Below the pieces are notes generated by a model, which did not search any database, had not been told where the DNA came from, and saw nothing but the letters and a program-made list of their open reading frames with translations. Below, piece after piece: positions 62,481-64,000 of a stretch of 64,000 nt of DNA; the stretch's first letter is position 1; each line of letters opens with the position of its first letter. Both the position numbers and the translations under genes were made by a program. The stretch is taken from positions 80,281 to 144,280 of the forward strand of contig CANOZK010000006.1 of assembly GCA_947571775.1 (NCBI GenBank). The letters are read 5' to 3'. This DNA comes from an uncultured Lachnospiraceae bacterium (GTDB lineage Bacteria; Bacillota; Clostridia; Lachnospirales; Lachnospiraceae).

Positions 62481-62556
62481 ATTATGACTGAATTAATCCC
62501 GACAATCAACTGCAAAATATACAAAATGCATTACTTTCGTTTTACATTCTTCGACA
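62481..62556 (-). promoter_or_regulatory. candidate spo0A promoter region with Spo0A-box matches
   Basis: The minus strand reads TTGATT (62504-62509), 17 nt, CATAAT (62481-62486). A perfect 0A box TGTCGAA lies at 62550-62556. A 5/7 match, TGTCGGG, lies at 62498-62504, abutting and overlapping the -35 by one base. Confidence 0.4.
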
Positions 62557-62567
62557 ATATATTTCCA

Positions 62568-63788
62568 TTACCTTGCATATGATTGATTGTTCTTCAGCAT
62601 ATTTTCAATAAAAATCCCGTATCCGCTTGTCGAGTCCTGCACAAAAACATGCGTAACTGCGCCTACGGCTTTTCCGTTCTGAAGGACTGGGCTTCCGCTC
62701 ATCCCCTGGACGATTCCGCCGGTTTTCTTCAAAAGCTTCGGATCGGTCACCTTCAAAATAAAACTTTTGTTTGTGTCTGGATGGTTATAATCAATGCTCG
62801 TGATCTCCACCTGATATTCTTCCACTTCTCCGTCCACGCTGCACAGGATACTCGCCTCCCCCAGTTCCATCTCCTGCTTGTACCCCACTTCTATGGGCTG
62901 GAAGGTCAGGCTTTGGGTGTATTTGGGAAACAGGTTGCCGTAAATCCCGTTTTCGCCGTTTTTGACAATGGTGCCTATGATATTAGAATGGTCATAGCGG
63001 ATCAGACCGGAGAGTTCCCCCGGATTTCCCTTGGAACCTTTGTGAATCCCCATAACCTGCGCCCGGTACAAGTCTCCATCCCGGATCTGCATCAGCTCCC
63101 CAGTATCCACATCACTGATTCCGTGGCCCAGTGCGCCGAAGTTTCCGTTCTGGTCCATATAAGTGAGCGTTCCGATGCCTTGGGTGTTGTCCCGCACCCA
63201 GATACCCAGCTTATAATCTCCTTCCTCGTCCACAACCGGACTCAAAGCCATCTGGATTTCCTCTCCCCGGCGCAGTAAGGAAAGCTCCACGGGACTGCCG
63301 TCGCAGGTCTGGATCTTATGAATCAGTTCCCGCTTATTTCCCACATGTTCCTGGTTCATTGCTACGATGTAATCCCCCGGCTGTACCAGGTTCCTAGCCG
63401 GCTGGTAAGACAGGCCGTCCTCCCCGGTGATCTCCCCGCTGTCGATAATCAGCACGCCCTGGGTTTCCATATAGACCCCAACGGTACTGCCGCTGACATA
63501 GATATCCGTAGGTTCCACCACCTGAACTTTGATCTGTTTGAGCGGTATAGTTCCGAATAAACTGCATTTTAGCGTAAAACCGTCTCCTCCCGACACGGGT
63601 ATAGCATCTTCAAGGGTCAGCCAGGGCTTCTCAAACTGTTCCAGGAAGTCTTCTTCCCCGCCTTCCACAACGCTAACCTGATCCGGCAGAAAATTCCGGA
63701 TCTCACAGTATCCCATGCAGGTAAAAAGCACCGTCCCCACCAGCACCAGCATCCATAAGATTCTTCTGTATTTTTCCTTCCGATTCAT
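62568..63788 (-). CDS. spoIVB: SpoIVB peptidase (S55)
   Basis: The first ATG is at 63788 (MNRKEKYRRILWMLVLVGTVLF); the track starts at TTG 63815. It has a PDZ-like region, then GIGTLTYMD....FGALGHGI and GIVQGMSGSPVLQNGKAVGAVTHVF. Confidence 0.92.
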   Translation of the reverse strand: MNRKEKYRRILWMLVLVGTVLFTCMGYCEIRNFLPDQVSVVEGGEEDFLEQFEKPWLTLEDAIPVSGGDGFTLKCSLFGTIPLKQIKVQVVEPTDIYVSGSTVGVYMETQGVLIIDSGEITGEDGLSYQPARNLVQPGDYIVAMNQEHVGNKRELIHKIQTCDGSPVELSLLRRGEEIQMALSPVVDEEGDYKLGIWVRDNTQGIGTLTYMDQNGNFGALGHGISDVDTGELMQIRDGDLYRAQVMGIHKGSKGNPGELSGLIRYDHSNIIGTIVKNGENGIYGNLFPKYTQSLTFQPIEVGYKQEMELGEASILCSVDGEVEEYQVEITSIDYNHPDTNKSFILKVTDPKLLKKTGGIVQGMSGSPVLQNGKAVGAVTHVFVQDSTSGYGIFIENMLKNNQSYAR

Positions 63789-63885
63789 TTTATCACATAC
63801 ACATCCCTTCTCCAAATAAGGTGTATAAGCGGCAAAATACTCCTCCGCCGCAGTACGCTCCTGCCCGGAGAGTTCTCTTATGCCA

Positions 63886-63918
63886 TATAAAAAGAGCGTA
63901 CACCCTCGTATACACTCT
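63886..63918 (-). terminator. intrinsic terminator of the gene ending at 63936
   Basis: The minus strand reads AGAGUGUAUAC-GAGG-GUGUACGCUCU-UUUUAUAU. The stem is 11 bp including two G-U pairs. Confidence 0.55.
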
Positions 63919-63935
63919 CTTAGTATGTGATAATC

Positions 63936-64000
63936 TCACAATTTCAATCTTGAATTTTTTTGCTTGTCTGCCAAATCTTTCATCTCTCTGGCGCTTTCCA
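63936..64000 (-). CDS. 3' end of an upstream gene (RecN-like by synteny only)
   Basis: The open minus frame ends ...ESAREMKDLADKQKNSRLKL-stop (TGA at 63936-63938). Only 21 codons are visible. The recN-spoIVB-spo0A order is known from Bacillus, but the sequence here is too short to confirm it. Confidence 0.3.
   Translation of the reverse strand, partial: ESAREMKDLADKQKNSRLKL

Overview
This 64-kb window looks like a chromosomal segment of a spore-forming Firmicute. Gene content resembles Clostridia or Lachnospiraceae, but the taxon cannot be proven from the sequence alone. I count about 60 protein genes, the large majority on the minus strand. I found no rRNA, tRNA, CRISPR array, transposase or integrase. 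Core blocks are: purA, then a LemA-DUF2207 pair, then purB-purF-purC; a livFGMH ABC transporter with its binding lipoprotein; cinA-pgsA-rimO; rpoZ-gmk-remA-yicC; gltB-gltD; and glgA-spo0A-spoIVB followed by the last 21 codons of another gene. Envelope and signalling genes include a REC-GGDEF cyclase, a small intramembrane-type histidine kinase with an OmpR-type regulator, a hemerythrin, a YtrA-like GntR plus ABC operon, and a MacB-type tripartite exporter. Accessory or unexplained content: (1) a tightly coupled three-gene operon (8581-14159) with no assignable function, encoding a 1180-aa protein of beta-rich modules and helical repeats, a divergent Hsp70/actin-fold protein and a TPR-like protein; this is my top candidate for an undescribed system. 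(2) A cluster with two S8 peptidases, a Tyr/Asp-repeat lipoprotein, an internally duplicated Cys/Gly-rich mini-protein and two small paralogous proteins (22398-27406). (3) Tandem paralogous radical-SAM genes with a C-x4-C-x2-C cluster motif, next to two overlapping hypothetical genes and an HxlR regulator (44536-48188). (4) An FtsK-motor/Mrr-nuclease fusion gene with a frameshifted HTH remnant beside it (57035-58888). (5) Two toxin-antitoxin-like pairs, MNT-HEPN and UPF0175-DUF3368/PIN. (6) An AT-rich islet carrying a secreted protein gene and two C9/G9 homopolymer tracts. All family calls rest on motifs I read in the translations; no database search was possible.
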